Positions 49,623 to 62,150 of a stretch of DNA of 64,000 nt are shown in pieces (the first letter of the stretch is position 1; each line of letters begins with the position of its first letter). The DNA is from Anolis carolinensis. Taxonomy: Eukaryota. The stretch covers positions 16,976,703 through 17,040,702 of the forward strand of contig NW_026943819.1 of the NCBI RefSeq assembly GCF_035594765.1, given 5' to 3'. The notes beneath the pieces were generated by a model that had not been told where the DNA came from, made no database searches, and saw only the letters and a list, made by a program, of their open reading frames with translations. Position numbers and translations under genes: made by a program.

Positions 49623-50796
49623 CTTCGGATATTTAGAATATTAGACAAGGACTAGATTCCAGGTCACTAGTTGAAGGCTCAAGTGCAAGACATATTGAGG
49701 ACCAATGGCTGTTTCTAGAGCTCTTTAGATAGAAAGGATCATGTTCTGGCAATTGTAGCCTTTGAGATGTTTGGACCTACAACTTCCATAATTCCTCATC
49801 ACTGGTATGTTGGCCAGGATGATGAGAGATGTTGTCCAAAAAAAAAAAAAAGGTCTCAGTTGCGCCAGATTCAGAATAAGACTCGCAAAGTGATTTCTCT
49901 ACTACATGTTTATCATATTCTAATAGATGCATATTGTATGCACAAGAGCACAGTTAATTGAGAGCAGTGCAAAATGCTGCATGCTCTATCTATCCAATTC
50001 ACCGTTTCCAAAAGCGCTGTTTGGGGGACCATATTTCTAAACAGCTCAATGTTCCCTCACTACCTCCAACCTCTCCCAATCTATGTTTTCATTGCAGCAT
50101 TACATCAGCTTTCCAATGAATTTGCGGCATGACTAAGAGGAAACCATTTTTTAAAAAACGCAATAAACTGGGTGGAAACTCCTCTTGAGAATGGCGAAAG
50201 TTTTCCTTGCTCATCAGGCAGCGAAATGTTCCATGAGTTAATGTTTTATCAAGATGGCCGTAACAGAGCTGAAAATGAAATATTCCATTACGAACCGAAA
50301 GAAGAGATAAACCAACAAGAAATTGCAATGTAGGGTCTTACAACCCAGAATATCAAGGCAGAAAATCCCACAATATCTGCTTTGAATTGGGGTATCTGTG
50401 TCCACACTGCCACATATTCCAGTTCAAAGCAGGTAATGTAGGATATGATTCAGCTGTGTAGAAGGGGCTGTAGTTGAACTGAAAAGTAATAAAAGGCAAA
50501 GCTAGCATGTTTCTCCCATATGTTGCCTATTAAATGTGGTGTCTTACCTGTTTTGCACAGATATCACAACCCAACCAAAAAAATATCCTGATATCTTCAT
50601 TTTTAGGCCTGTTCCTGGGATTATTTGAGGCACTGGTTTGGAAAATTGCATTGGATAGAACACATCATGTCTAGGCCCCTTCTCTCCTTCTACACTGCCA
50701 TATAATCCAGATTATCAAAGCAGAAAATCCACATTATCTGCTTTGAACTGGATTATATTAATCCACACTGCCATATAATCCAGTTCAAAGCAGATA

Positions 50797-51119
50797 CAGT
50801 AGAGTCTCATTTATCCAACACTTGCTTATCCAACATTCTGGATTATCCAATGCATTTTTGAAGTCAATATTTTCAATACATCTTGATATTTTGGTGCTAA
50901 ATTCATAAATACAGTAATTACTACATACCATTACTGTGTGTTGAACTACTTTTTCTGTCAAATTTGTTGTATAACATGATGTTTTGGTGTTTAATTTGTA
51001 AAATCATAGCCTAATTTGATGTTTAATAGGCTTTTCCTTAATCTCTCCTTATTATCCAACATATTTGCTTATCCAACGTTTTGCCGGCCCATTTACATTG
51101 GATAAGCGAGACTCTACTG
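50797..51119. mobile_element. Tc1/pogo MITE nested in another MITE
   Basis: TIRs; TA TSD within CAGATAATC. Confidence 0.85.
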
Positions 51120-51157
51120 TAATCTGGATTTTATATGTCAGTGCAGAAGGGACCCTA

Positions 51158-51208
<51 letters not shown>

Positions 51209-51210
51209 GA

Positions 51211-51544
51211 TCTATCTATATAAAAGAGTGATGGTATCACGGCAGCGGACAAAACAACAAAAGTAAACACCCCACAACCTCGAAAATTGACAGCACAACC
51301 CCTCATCCATGCCTCTAGGTTGATACAACAAAAAGAAAAGAAAAATAAAGTCCTAATTAGAGGGAGAGGAATAATTGTTTTTATCCAATTGCTGCCAGTT
51401 AGAAGGCTAAGCTCCGCTCACCTGGTCTCCTAGCAACCCACTCAGCCCAGGGGACCCTTTACTTTAACTACCACCAATTCCTCAATACTTTATTTCCCAT
51501 ACCACCATACTTTGCCACAGCAACGCGTGGCCGGGCACAGCTAG
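51211..51544 (+). mobile_element. Non-autonomous Helitron preceded by (TCTA)n at 51159-51218
   Basis: TC start; hairpin GCCACAGCAACGCGTGGC; CTAG|T end. Confidence 0.8.
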
Positions 51545-52801
51545 TTTCTTATATATGGTTATGATGATATTATCTGGGTGAGTAGATGGCAACTGGTAGA
51601 TAGCATATGTTCTGTATCTCAAATATGAGAACTGTTAGGGGGAAACTAGGGCCATTTTTGGAATTGGCAGGTCAAATATACTCCAAAACAGGTCTAACAT
51701 CTGAGGCAGCAAAACGTGTGTTTCCCCCTTTCTTTGTCTGTAAAGAGAAAGTGATGCCTAGGGACCAACTCTAATCCAGTCACTTGCCCGGATGCACTCA
51801 TATCTCAACTCACTCTCTCCTTCTTGTTCCTTAAGGAAAGGGTAGTCCTGTTAACAAAAGCAGGCAGGGATCCTAAAGGCAAGTCATAAAACAGTTTTCT
51901 ATGGTCTTGGATTAAACATTCTTTCTCCCACAACCTGTCTGCTGGAGGATGGATAACCAGCAAACAGTTTTTCATTGCATTCACGAATTCTTCTACCTGC
52001 GTTCCGGGGCGTGTATTTCCTATCCCCCATTTATTTCAATGGGATTTGTCCGGAGCTTAACTCCGGAGCTAATTAGCCCCCTAGCATGACGGCCTTTCCC
52101 ACTACAGTACCTTCACAAAAGCCTCACCTCACAATTAAAATCAGGAGCCTCGGGACAGCGGCCTTCAATGCACCCTTCTGCATTCTTGAAGAATTAGCAG
52201 GAAGGGCAGCGGTGATGAAGGAAACACCCACATTTCATCTAATCCTAAGAAACAAACACAAAACTAAACACAGACCCAGACTCCCAACCCCAAAGAGGAC
52301 ATAACTCTATTCAAGGAAAGTAAATGACTTAACTCTGCCTGACCTGTCACTAGAAAACAGGAGGCTGAACCAATAGCCCTTCAGTCTATGATCATTTTGG
52401 CACAAAGGAACCATTGCTTTTGGGGGGGATTATTTAGCTGGAAATGACTTGCCTTTGACACCACCGTTTCTCTCTTTCAGTAAATCCAAAAGATTCGAGG
52501 TCAATCTGAAAATTGCTAGTGCCTTGGATGTAGCATGAAGTTAATGGGATTTACAAGTTTGTGAAAGGCTTAAAGATTGTTGCTTAAACACTTAAACAGA
52601 GCTTGAGCTTTCTTTAATAAAAAGAAACGATATTTGGCAGACTGTATGTCCAGCCTTGTATCTTGCAAAAACATACACTTCATATGCACATGCTATATTG
52701 TATAATATACTGATAGCATGAAGTAGATAGTACTATTGAAACTCTGTTCATCTTTTGATTTCTTATCTGCTGATTAGATGGATGAACTAGAACTGCAAAA
52801 T

Positions 52802-52836
<35 letters not shown>

Positions 52837-52908
52837 TTTTATATACCGCTCTTCTCCCCTGAGAGGGGACCCAGAGCGGTCTTACAAAATGGCAAGATTA
52901 ATGCCACA

Positions 52909-53650
52909 TCTATATATATAAAAGGGTAATGAAATTTCAGCCTAGGACAAAACAACAAAACTACACATCCCAGAAACACTAAACTTGGCAGCACAACCCC
53001 TCATCCATGCCTCTACGTTCATACAACAAAAAGAAAAGAAAAATAAAGTCTCAATTAGAGGGAGAGGAATAATTGTTTTTATCCAATTGCTGCCAGTTAA
53101 AAGGCTAAGCTCTGCCCACTTGGTCTCCTAGCAACCCACTCAGCCCAGGGGACAGGCAGAGTTAGGCCTCACTTAGGCCTCTTCCACACTGCCTATAAAA
53201 TACAGATTGTCTGATTTTAACTGGATTATATGGCAGTGTAGTCTCAAGGTCCTTCCACACAGCTATATAACCCATTTATAATGGACTTAATGTCAGGGGA
53301 AAACCTTTTCCCTTTACCTTAACTACCACCAATTCCTCAATACTTTATTTCCCATACAACCATACTTCGCCACAGCAACACGTGGCCGGGCACAGCTAGT
53401 CTATATATATAAAAGGGTAATGAAATTTCGGCCTAGGACAAAACAACAAAACTACACATCCCAGAAACAATAAACTTGGCAGCACAACCTTTCATCCATG
53501 CCTCTACGTTCATACAACAAAAAGAAAAGAAAAATGAAGTCCTAATTAGAGGGAGAGGAATAATTGTTTTTATCCAATTGCTGCCAGTTAGAAGGCTAAG
53601 CTCCACCCACTTGGTCTCCTAGCAACCTACTCAGCCCACCCAGCCCTCTC

Positions 53651-53703
<53 letters not shown>

Positions 53704-53869
53704 AATCCTAAGGTTAGCAGATACCCCTAAGGATCATCCAGTTCAACTTCCTCATATCATGCAGGAGGACACAATCTAACCACTCCTGACAGATGGCCAT
53801 CCAGCCTCAACAAGTTCTCACCAACACCACCAGACAACGCCACAGCAACGCATGGCTGGGCTAAGCTAG
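52909..53869 (+). mobile_element. Two head-to-tail Helitrons (52909-53399 and 53400-53869) inside an L2 3' fragment (about 52800-54120, minus)
   Basis: A|TC...CTAG|TC...CTAG|T; shared 5' segment of about 240 bp; both have subterminal hairpins. Confidence 0.8.
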
Positions 53870-55712
53870 TATAATACAAAATATAGTAAAAACACAAAAT
53901 CGTAAAAACACACTTAAAAACCAATATCATACCCCATTAAAACAGTAAAACACTGTGTGACCGTTACAACAGGGCCAGTAGCATTGGGCCAAAAGTCAGA
54001 GCCAGTCTGTATTCAACTTCACATTAATCCAACGAATACATTAGATTATATCAACCGTATTTTAGGATGGGCCAAAAGCTTGATCCCACATCCAGGCCTT
54101 CAGCTGCTTCCTAAAAGACTTGGGAAATAATATGGCCCAAGTCTGACTCCATACCCAAATTTGCTTTTTGGTCTTTTCTCCTTTATCTCCATCTCTTTCT
54201 CCTTTGGAATATGAGACTATGAATCATTATTATCAGGAGTTGTCCAGTAAAAATTTATTTATTTATTTATTTATTTATTTGCAGCATTTATATTCCGCCC
54301 TTCTCACCCCGAAGGGGACTCAGGGCAGATCACATTACACATATAGGCAAACATTCAATGCCTTTTAACATAGAACAAAGACAAGACAAACATAGGCTCC
54401 GAGCGGGCCTCGAACTCATGACCTCCTGGTCAGAGTGATTCATTGCAGTGATTCTGCTCACATAAAAGAACCTTCTCCTGACATATAGACATATCCTGGG
54501 ATAAAAATATATTTGCAAAGGCTACAGTTTACATAATGTTTCTACCATCAATGTGCCAGTTAGAGTATAGAGGATTCAAATACTGCATTTAACCAAATAT
54601 ATAGGTGACATATTTGTGAAATCCTTTGTATTGATAGAAGTTTTATGTGTTGCTTTAGTGAGCTGATACAAGACACAAAAACTGCCATATAAGGATGTAC
54701 GCACAAAGATACGGAGCCAAGGGCTTCCTGCCACTAAGAACGTATACTAATTCCAACTTCTTAAAGTGAAATTGTAGCTCCTTTAATCGGCACAGAATTT
54801 GTTGGGCTCCCCAGTTTTCCAATCTTTTTCCCCCACCCAAAATAATGCAAATACATTTCATCATTTGAGTTACAGAACAATGAGCAGACATTCTCCATGC
54901 AACTGTTTGTGAGTCAAGAGCTTTCAGGATGGGTTGATTTCATGGGCAGATGAGTTCCAGAACCTCAAAAGCAGAGGTAGGGCAGTGTGATCCTTCGGAT
55001 GTTGCAGTTTTGCAAATCCCATCATCCCTCACTTTTGACTCCATTGGCTGAGGCCAATGGGAGTTTCCCCATCCCTGCTCTCAAGGTACTCAGAATAGCC
55101 TAACATCATCTTCTGCACCTGCAAGCAGCGGAGACAGGAAAGTTGACGTTGTTAGCAGCTGGAATAGAGACGTAGTATTTTCAATGACAGCTAATGGATT
55201 TGTTCCTTTCCACATCTCACAAAGCAGCTGCTTTTGGCCATGCCTTCAAGTGTTAGTTAAATAGATTCCTTGTAACTTAGCCAGACTCTTAATGCAATGA
55301 CTCTTGCTGTAATTTTTAAATGGTCCATTATTCAACAATTCCTAGTCCCAGGGAAAACTGCTGAAGCAGAGACGGAAATTAAAGTCACCAATGGCAGGAC
55401 ACCGACAGATTAAAGAGATGTGCTATCTTTGACTCTGAAATATAAAAAGCAGAGAGGGCATAGTCTAGAATCCTGTTGGCAAGGTATGTTGGCATACATA
55501 CCCATAGGCTGGAAGTTATAGTTTTCAGGACATTGTGAAAAGGTTGCATCATTATGGTTGTGCAGGTAGAGTTCTGCAAATGTAAAACATTGAACCAATA
55601 ACTGCACTGTTTAAGACATTATGTAAGTGCATCCTCTCCAACATTTAGATGGAAGGAAGCTATCGAGTCTTGTATGAATGAAATGTACATCATCAGTTAC
55701 TTCCCTTAGGGA

Positions 55713-56000
55713 GGAAGCAGCCAGGCTTTGAATCTGCAAGGCCATTAAATGCTAATCAAGGTGATCGACTGCAACATTCACACTTACCTCAAACAGACAA
55801 GAGTTTTTTCTCCCACCCTAGACTTTCCACAGATATATAAATCCCACTTGCCTAGTTTCCAACAGACCTCACACCTCTGAGGATGCCTGCCATAGGTGTG
55901 GGCGAAACGTCAGGAGAAAATGCTTCTGGAACATGACCAGACAGCCTGGAAAACTCACAGCAACCCAGTGATTCCAGCCATTAAAGCCTTCAACAATACA
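55713..56000 (+). mobile_element. Penelope pLTR copy
   Basis: Collinear with 29880-30146 and 58910-59170. Confidence 0.8.
55874..55914 (+). ncRNA. Minimal type I hammerhead ribozyme motif (Penelope)
   Basis: CCT-CTGAGGA-T-GCCTGC..GTGGGC-GAAAC-GTC-AGG: stem I CCT/AGG, core CUGANGA and GAAA, GUC cleavage triplet. Confidence 0.7.
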
Positions 56001-56079
56001 TAGTTACGTGACTGATTCTGTAGTAGTGCAATCCAATACACAAGCAGAATAGCATATATAACACATAGGTATCCCAGTG

Positions 56080-56408
56080 GCACCCCAGTGGTGAAGTGCG
56101 TTAAAGCACTGAGCTGCTGAACTTGCAGACCAAAAGTTCCCAGGTTCAAAACCCGGGAGCGGCGTGAGCAGCCGCTGTTAGCTCCAGCTTCTGCCAACCT
56201 AGCAGTTTGAAAACATGCCAATGTGAGTAGATCAATAGGTACCGCTCTGGCGGGAAGGTAACAGTGCTCCATGCAGTCATGCCGGCCACATGACTTTGGA
56301 GGTGTCTACGGACAACGCCGGCTCTTTGGCTTAGAAATGGAGATGAGCACCAACCCCCAGAGTCAGACATGACTGGACTTAACATCAGGGGAAACCTTTA
56401 CCTTTACC
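56080..56408 (+). mobile_element. Sauria SINE, full length
   Basis: 10-bp TSD TATCCCAGTG; tRNA head; (ACCTTT)n tail. Confidence 0.9.
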
Positions 56409-56429
56409 TATCCCAGTGTATTCAATTTA

Positions 56430-56625
56430 TTGCCAAAGGCTTTCACCGCCAGAATCACTGTAGTGTTGTGTGGTTTCCGTCTGTATGGCCATGTTCTAGC
56501 AGCATTTTCTCCTGACGTTTCACCTGCATCTGTGGTTGACATCTTCGGAGGATCTAAAGATGCCAGATGTCAGGAGAAAATGCTGCTAGAATATGACCAT
56601 ACAGCCCGGAAACCACACAACACCC
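56430..56625. mobile_element. Short inverted pair of Penelope termini
   Basis: Minus terminus at 56430-56551 followed by plus terminus at 56566-56625. Confidence 0.7.
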
Positions 56626-57299
56626 CATATGCTATTCATTTCTTCAGCTGGACCTTTGTCTTAAGACTGTCCTGCTACCACCATAGGTCATACACACTGA
56701 ATGTTTATGACCATTTGGGTATCAGGTTGTGAAGAGTACTAAAGAATCTTTTTTGTCCTCCATTCAAAACTCTATTACTCAGACAATGACTCAGTCACAC
56801 CACTTATGAAGATGTATTATTATTTCAAGCTGAAATTTATAGGAGAATAAATTAAAAACTAACACGCCATACATTTCTAATGAAACAAGATGTTTGATTA
56901 ATGACCTGCTCTCCAAAGGAATCCCTTTGGAATTAGCAGCTCTCAAAGTTTGGCCATGCTGCCAACAGCAAACAGCCTCTTGATCCCAAAACCCTTATTA
57001 CTTATTAATAAATGTGTTCTGTACTCAGTGCCTGTCAGTTATAGCAGCTGATATGACAGTGCCAAGTGGAAAACCAAGTCCAGCCCAGCCTTAATCATGC
57101 ATAACACATTACACATAATGACTGCTGGACTCTGGTGGGTATGTACACAATGACTGCATGAAGAGAGACATCTGGCCAGTTGGGTGGGACAAACATTATG
57201 ATATAGATGGCATAAACATTGGAACAGAGAGAGCTGCTTTCAGCAGAGCTAAACCATTGGCTTATCTAGCTCACAACTATTCCTACCATGAATAGGAAA

Positions 57300-57546
57300 C
57301 TATGACTCGGAGCAATGAGTTCATATTACAGAAGATTCCCTCTGAACATTATGAAGAACTTCTTGATTGTATGAGCTATTCAGCAGTGGAACTCTCTGCC
57401 TCAAAGTGTAGTGGAAGCTCCTTCCTTGGAAGCTTTTAAACAGAGGCTAGATAGCCATCTGCTAGGGATACTTTGTGCTTTTCCTGCATGGAAGTGGGTT
57501 GGACTAAATGGCCCATGGGGTCTCTTCCAACTCTATGACTTTATGA
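57300..57546 (+). mobile_element. CR1 LINE 3' end
   Basis: QWNSLPQSVVEAPSLEAFKQRLD motif and TTCCAACTCTATGA..TATGA tail. Confidence 0.85.
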
Positions 57547-58404
57547 CACACAGACATCCCTTTATGGAACACGATGGCAATTTAAAAAAGAACTTAGCTG
57601 TAACTGCCCAATTTAGAGCACTTTTCTTAAACGTTTAAAGAAGGTAAATAGTATGTACAGTATGAGTCACTAGGTTTGCTTGCTATCTTTCGCACTTTCA
57701 AGCATGGCAGTCCTTTGAATGATGAAAATGTTTTGTTAACAAGATCTGGCAATGTTTTTCTTTAGTCTGCTTCCCTTTCCAAAGACAGCCTGTGGACTGG
57801 CATAAAGAGCACAAAATTGGCAGGGCTTTTTTTGAGATCATATCTTGAGCATGCCAAAACACAAAGCATTTATTCTGTAGCAACTGAATACAATATTGTT
57901 AACTGTCCAAGATTTCAAGAAGGACTGGATTCTGCTTTTTCTCCCTACACACTGAATATTAAACTAAGAGCATACATCCTTCCCCTCCACCCGCCCAACA
58001 TTCTTTGCAAACATCTTAATGTTCTGTCTTGCACTGCTAATGCTTTTTAAATGTTGGCAAGCCATTATAAACACATTTTAAAACAAAGACAGAAATGTCA
58101 GAAGGAACTATAAAAGGTGGTTCAAAAAAAAAACCCCAATGCAATCCTATACACATTTATTTCAAAGTTAATCCTGTTGAGTTTAGTGGGATTTACTCAA
58201 GGTAAGTGTATATGGGATCACTGTTTTCACAATCAGTTTATCAAAGCATTAAGCTTTCATTATTTATAGTTTTGAATATTATGGAAGAGGGAGAAAAAAC
58301 TATTCATATCAATTTTATCAACCCCATATATCAGTACACTTGTATCAGGGGTTTGCTTCTTTGACCAATTGTCTAGGCTAAAGACCTCCAGATGGTATAA
58401 TCTT

Positions 58405-59170
58405 TGTGTTGTCAAAGGCTTTCATGGCCAGAATCACTGGGTTGCTGTGAGTTTTCCGGGCTGTATAGCCATATTTCAGAAGCATTTTCACCTGATGTTT
58501 CATCCACATCTATAGCAGGCATATTCAGGGGTCGTGGGGTCTGTTGGAAACTAGGCAAGTGAGGTTTATGTATTTGTGGAAAGTCCAGAGTGGGAGAAAG
58601 AACTATTGTCTACTTTAGGCAAGTGTAATGTTGCAATTGGCTACCTTAACATTGAATGGCCATTCAGCTTCAAAGGCTGACTGCTTCCTGGGGGAATCCT
58701 TTGTTGAGAGGTGTTAGCTAGCCCTAATTGTTTCATGTCTGGTCAATAGAAAGGAGGAAGCCATGAAAATGAACAAAATCTGGCTACCAGTATTAAAAAA
58801 ACTTTAAAATCAGAGCCGTAAATAAAGAACAACATTTAGAAAACAGAGGAATTCCAGACATGAATCAATCAGGTCCAGCTAATATCTCCTAACAAAGGAT
58901 TTCCCCAGGCAGGAAACAGCCAGGCTTTGAATCTGCAAGGCCATTCAATTCTGATCAAGTTGGCCAACTGCAACATTCACACTTGCCTCTAACAGACAAG
59001 AGTTCTTTCTTCCACCCTGGACATTATTCCACAGATATATGAACCTCACTTGCCTAGTTTCCAACTGATCTCACAACCTCTGAGGATGCCTGCCATAGAT
59101 ATGGGCGAAACGTCAGGAAAGAATGCTTCTGGAACATGGCCTTACATCCCAGAAAACTCACAGCAATCCA
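58405..59170. mobile_element. Penelope with inverted arms (minus 58405-58742, plus 58743-59170)
   Basis: The arms are diverged reverse complements of each other. Confidence 0.8.
59077..59117 (+). ncRNA. Minimal type I hammerhead ribozyme motif (Penelope)
   Basis: Same core intact; one stem II mismatch. Confidence 0.65.
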
Positions 59171-59935
59171 GGTATAATTGTTCCTTACAGGGGAGTTGTC
59201 TCACTCCCTTGACCATTTTGGTTAGTCTTTTCTACACATTTCAAGCTTCAAATTCACTTTTGATGTACGGTGACTAGTGATCCATTCACACTGCACAATT
59301 ATGGCACTATGATTCCACTTTGAACTGTCATGGCAACATCCCATGAAACTTGGAGTCTGTATTTTAATTTAGTTTGGGGAGGCACAAGACCAGTCAAGAT
59401 ATGTTTCTCGGGAAAGAAGAAGTGTCCCAAATCCCAAGAAAGTGGCTGCTGGGTTATGAATGGAGACTACTCCATCAGAGTGTTTACTGTAGGCTTACAA
59501 ATATATATAAATAGCTATTGCTGTTTTAATATTTGGGGGATTTTTTTTCCTGTGAAAGGATCCCATAGGCCAAGAATAAAACAAACAAAGCAATAGGCCT
59601 CTGTTCTTGTTTTCTCCTTCAGATAGCACATTGGTTTTCTCACAATTTGGAATTGTTTCAGATTTCGACTGACTAGTATTCTCTCCCTTGCTTACATAAT
59701 TAAGAATTGCTTTAAGGTCCAATAAAACAGGCACATTTCATCATAGTTAAGTACTTAAGGATTTTTTTTAAAAAAATGTTCTTCAATAAATAGTAAAATA
59801 TCCTATCAGGGTAATTATTCTTTGCGGATTGAAAGTTGAATAAACAGGATTAAGAACCCATTTAGAGACAATCTCGCTTTGGAAGGACACCAGTTTTTGC
59901 ATATGCAGTGGTGGTGATACTGTATGGTTCTAGAG

Positions 59936-60066
59936 CAGGCATGGGCAAACTTGGGTCCTCCAGGTGTTTTGGACTTCAACTCCCACAATTCCTAACAGCC
60001 AGGCTGTTAGGAATTGTGGGAGTTGGAGTCCAAAACACCTGGAGGGCCCAAGTTTGCCCATGCCTG
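59936..60066. mobile_element. Palindromic hAT (URR1-like) MITE
   Basis: CAGGCATGGGCAAACTT TIR; near-perfect 65-bp hairpin; TSD-like ttctagag/ctctggag. Confidence 0.85.
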
Positions 60067-60735
60067 CTCTGGAGCTTTACAGCATTTATAGACTGTGTCC
60101 ACCAAGTAGCTCTTTGAATTTTATTTGTGCCCATATTTGTCCACAATAATAGTTCCAGCATTGTCCATTGGACCTCTTGACAGCATGAGATAGAAAAGTC
60201 CTTCAAGGATATACTATTGTATATCCTGTATAGTATTGATTCTCAACCTTTAGTAGTGCAGATATCTCTGACTTCAGTTCTGATCATTGGCTATCCTGGC
60301 TGGGACTGCTGGTTGAGTCCCCCCGGTGTGAGAAGAGCGGGGTATAAATGCTGGAAAGAAAACATCTACAAGGCCATAGGTTGACAACCACTGATGTGTA
60401 CAATTTTATTTATTTACGACTGAGGAGTAGCATATCATGGCACATGTTTGGGGCAAAAGCCTTATTGACCTGAGGAGCACAATTTCCTCGAGTGCTAGCT
60501 ACATGTGTCTGAGAAATGCAAACTGTCAAACAAACAAGCAAACAAAACAGGTTTACCTGAGCCACCCCTCTCAGATTGAACACAGAAACAGATGCAATTT
60601 CTGGTTGGCAGTCATACATCTCTAAGCTTGGCATTCATTCTGCAACAGAAAGAAAAAAAATGAAAATACATATTTGACAAAAAAATGTGCAAAAGAACAA
60701 CCATATATACTGTACTCATAAAATGGGAGTGGTAT

Positions 60736-61482
60736 TGTAAAGAAGTATGAATTTTTGGTTTACAGATGTTATGTTTAATTGTGTGTTTGTGTTTTAAAAG
60801 GGTAAGTATTACCATTATTGCATCTCAGCACTCAGAGGCTGGTTGCCATGGAGAAGTAGGCAGAACCAACTGCTGTTTTGTTGAAGTGCAGAGTTTAAAA
60901 AAGGGATTCAGTCTGTGCTCTGATGAGGCACAGGGAAGATTGATCTTAGGTTGAGGGGATCAAGGAGACTCAATTGTTCATTTTTGAGTCGGTTTAAAAT
61001 AAGTTTGGTGACATTTAATGTACTCTGTGTCCTGGTAAGGAACAGAGAATCTGTGACCGTATATCACAGGGTGACTGCGGTTTAAAAGTAGCAGAGGAAG
61101 AAGTTCTAACTACTTTAAGTAAAAGAAATGACACTTTAGGGAATTTGACGCACTCCATTTTAGTATTGTAACTGTTAATAAAAGTGCCTCTAAGTGAGAA
61201 ACAATATTGTAACCACTAAACTCTGTGCCTGAATAAACTTGTTATTGTTCCTCCAACATCTAAGCCTCTGTTGCATATATTATAAACCAAGTTGCGTTAC
61301 CTTCTAAAGTGAATAAGAAGAAGAAAGAAATTTTTTTAAAAGGTCTCCTCTCTGAGTCTTTGGTGGTTGCATCTTAACAAATTGGTGGCAGCGGTGGGAT
61401 AAAAAGATTCCCCCTGCCTGAAATAACCTCAGTCATTCTTAGTCCTTTACAAATTGGTGGCAGTCATTATAAATTTGTTACA
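60736..61482 (+). mobile_element. Solo LTR, 747 bp, with internal tRNA-Leu PBS copies
   Basis: TGTAA...TTACA inverted ends; 5-bp TSD GGTAT at 60731-60735 and 61483-61487; AATAAA at 61177 and 61232; TGGTGGCAGCGGTGGGAT at 61383-61400. Confidence 0.8.
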
Positions 61483-62004
61483 GGTATGCTTTAGTAAATG
61501 GGGACATGCATCCATTAAAATGGTCATATTAAAATATGCACAATATTTTGGGGAGATAGGGAGTAATATTTTTCCGGGGAGATAGGGCAGAATATAAATT
61601 ATTATTATTATTATTATTTTTTAAAAAAACTCAATAGAAGCAGCAGGATATGAACCTGAAAGCAGGAAAAGGAGAATGTCTCTATGTTGGAAACAAATTT
61701 GATAGATCTGTTCATCTTTGCTCTGAACAGGGTAACCAGGCTTAAGCTTGCAAACAAAGTCTGGCATATATCAACATGTCAGAGCAATTGCATAAGTCCA
61801 TTTCATCACATATATGCCTGGCTTATTGTGGCTCCTTGTTGTATGAGCAGAACACCATGTAGTATGCAGTTTGTATTGAGCTGCTCATGTAACTTACGTG
61901 GAAAAATAAGCAATAATAAAAAACAATGCTGTTGTGTTTAAAACAAGGGGAATGGGCTGTGGGTCTAAAGGTATTGCTAGGTTACAACTTAATCCTGCAC
62001 CACT

Positions 62005-62150
62005 GGCTCCAGCAGACCTCACAATCTCTGAGGATGCCTTCCATAGATATGGGCAAAACGTTAGGAGAGAATGCTTCTGGAACATGGCCATACATCCCAG
62101 AAAACTCACAGCAACCCAGCGATTCCGGCCGTGAAAGGCTTCGACAACAC
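62005..62150 (+). mobile_element. Penelope 3' fragment with mutated hammerhead core
   Basis: Matches the pLTR end of the other copies. Confidence 0.75.

Noticed and set aside
51940-52220. Moderately GC-rich unique patch with a short palindrome (CCGGAG..CTCCGG), possible enhancer
   Set aside because: Cannot be supported without conservation or chromatin data
61383-61400. Possible tRNA-Leu gene on the minus strand
   Set aside because: Only the 3' 18 nt including CCA match; this is a PBS signature, not a gene
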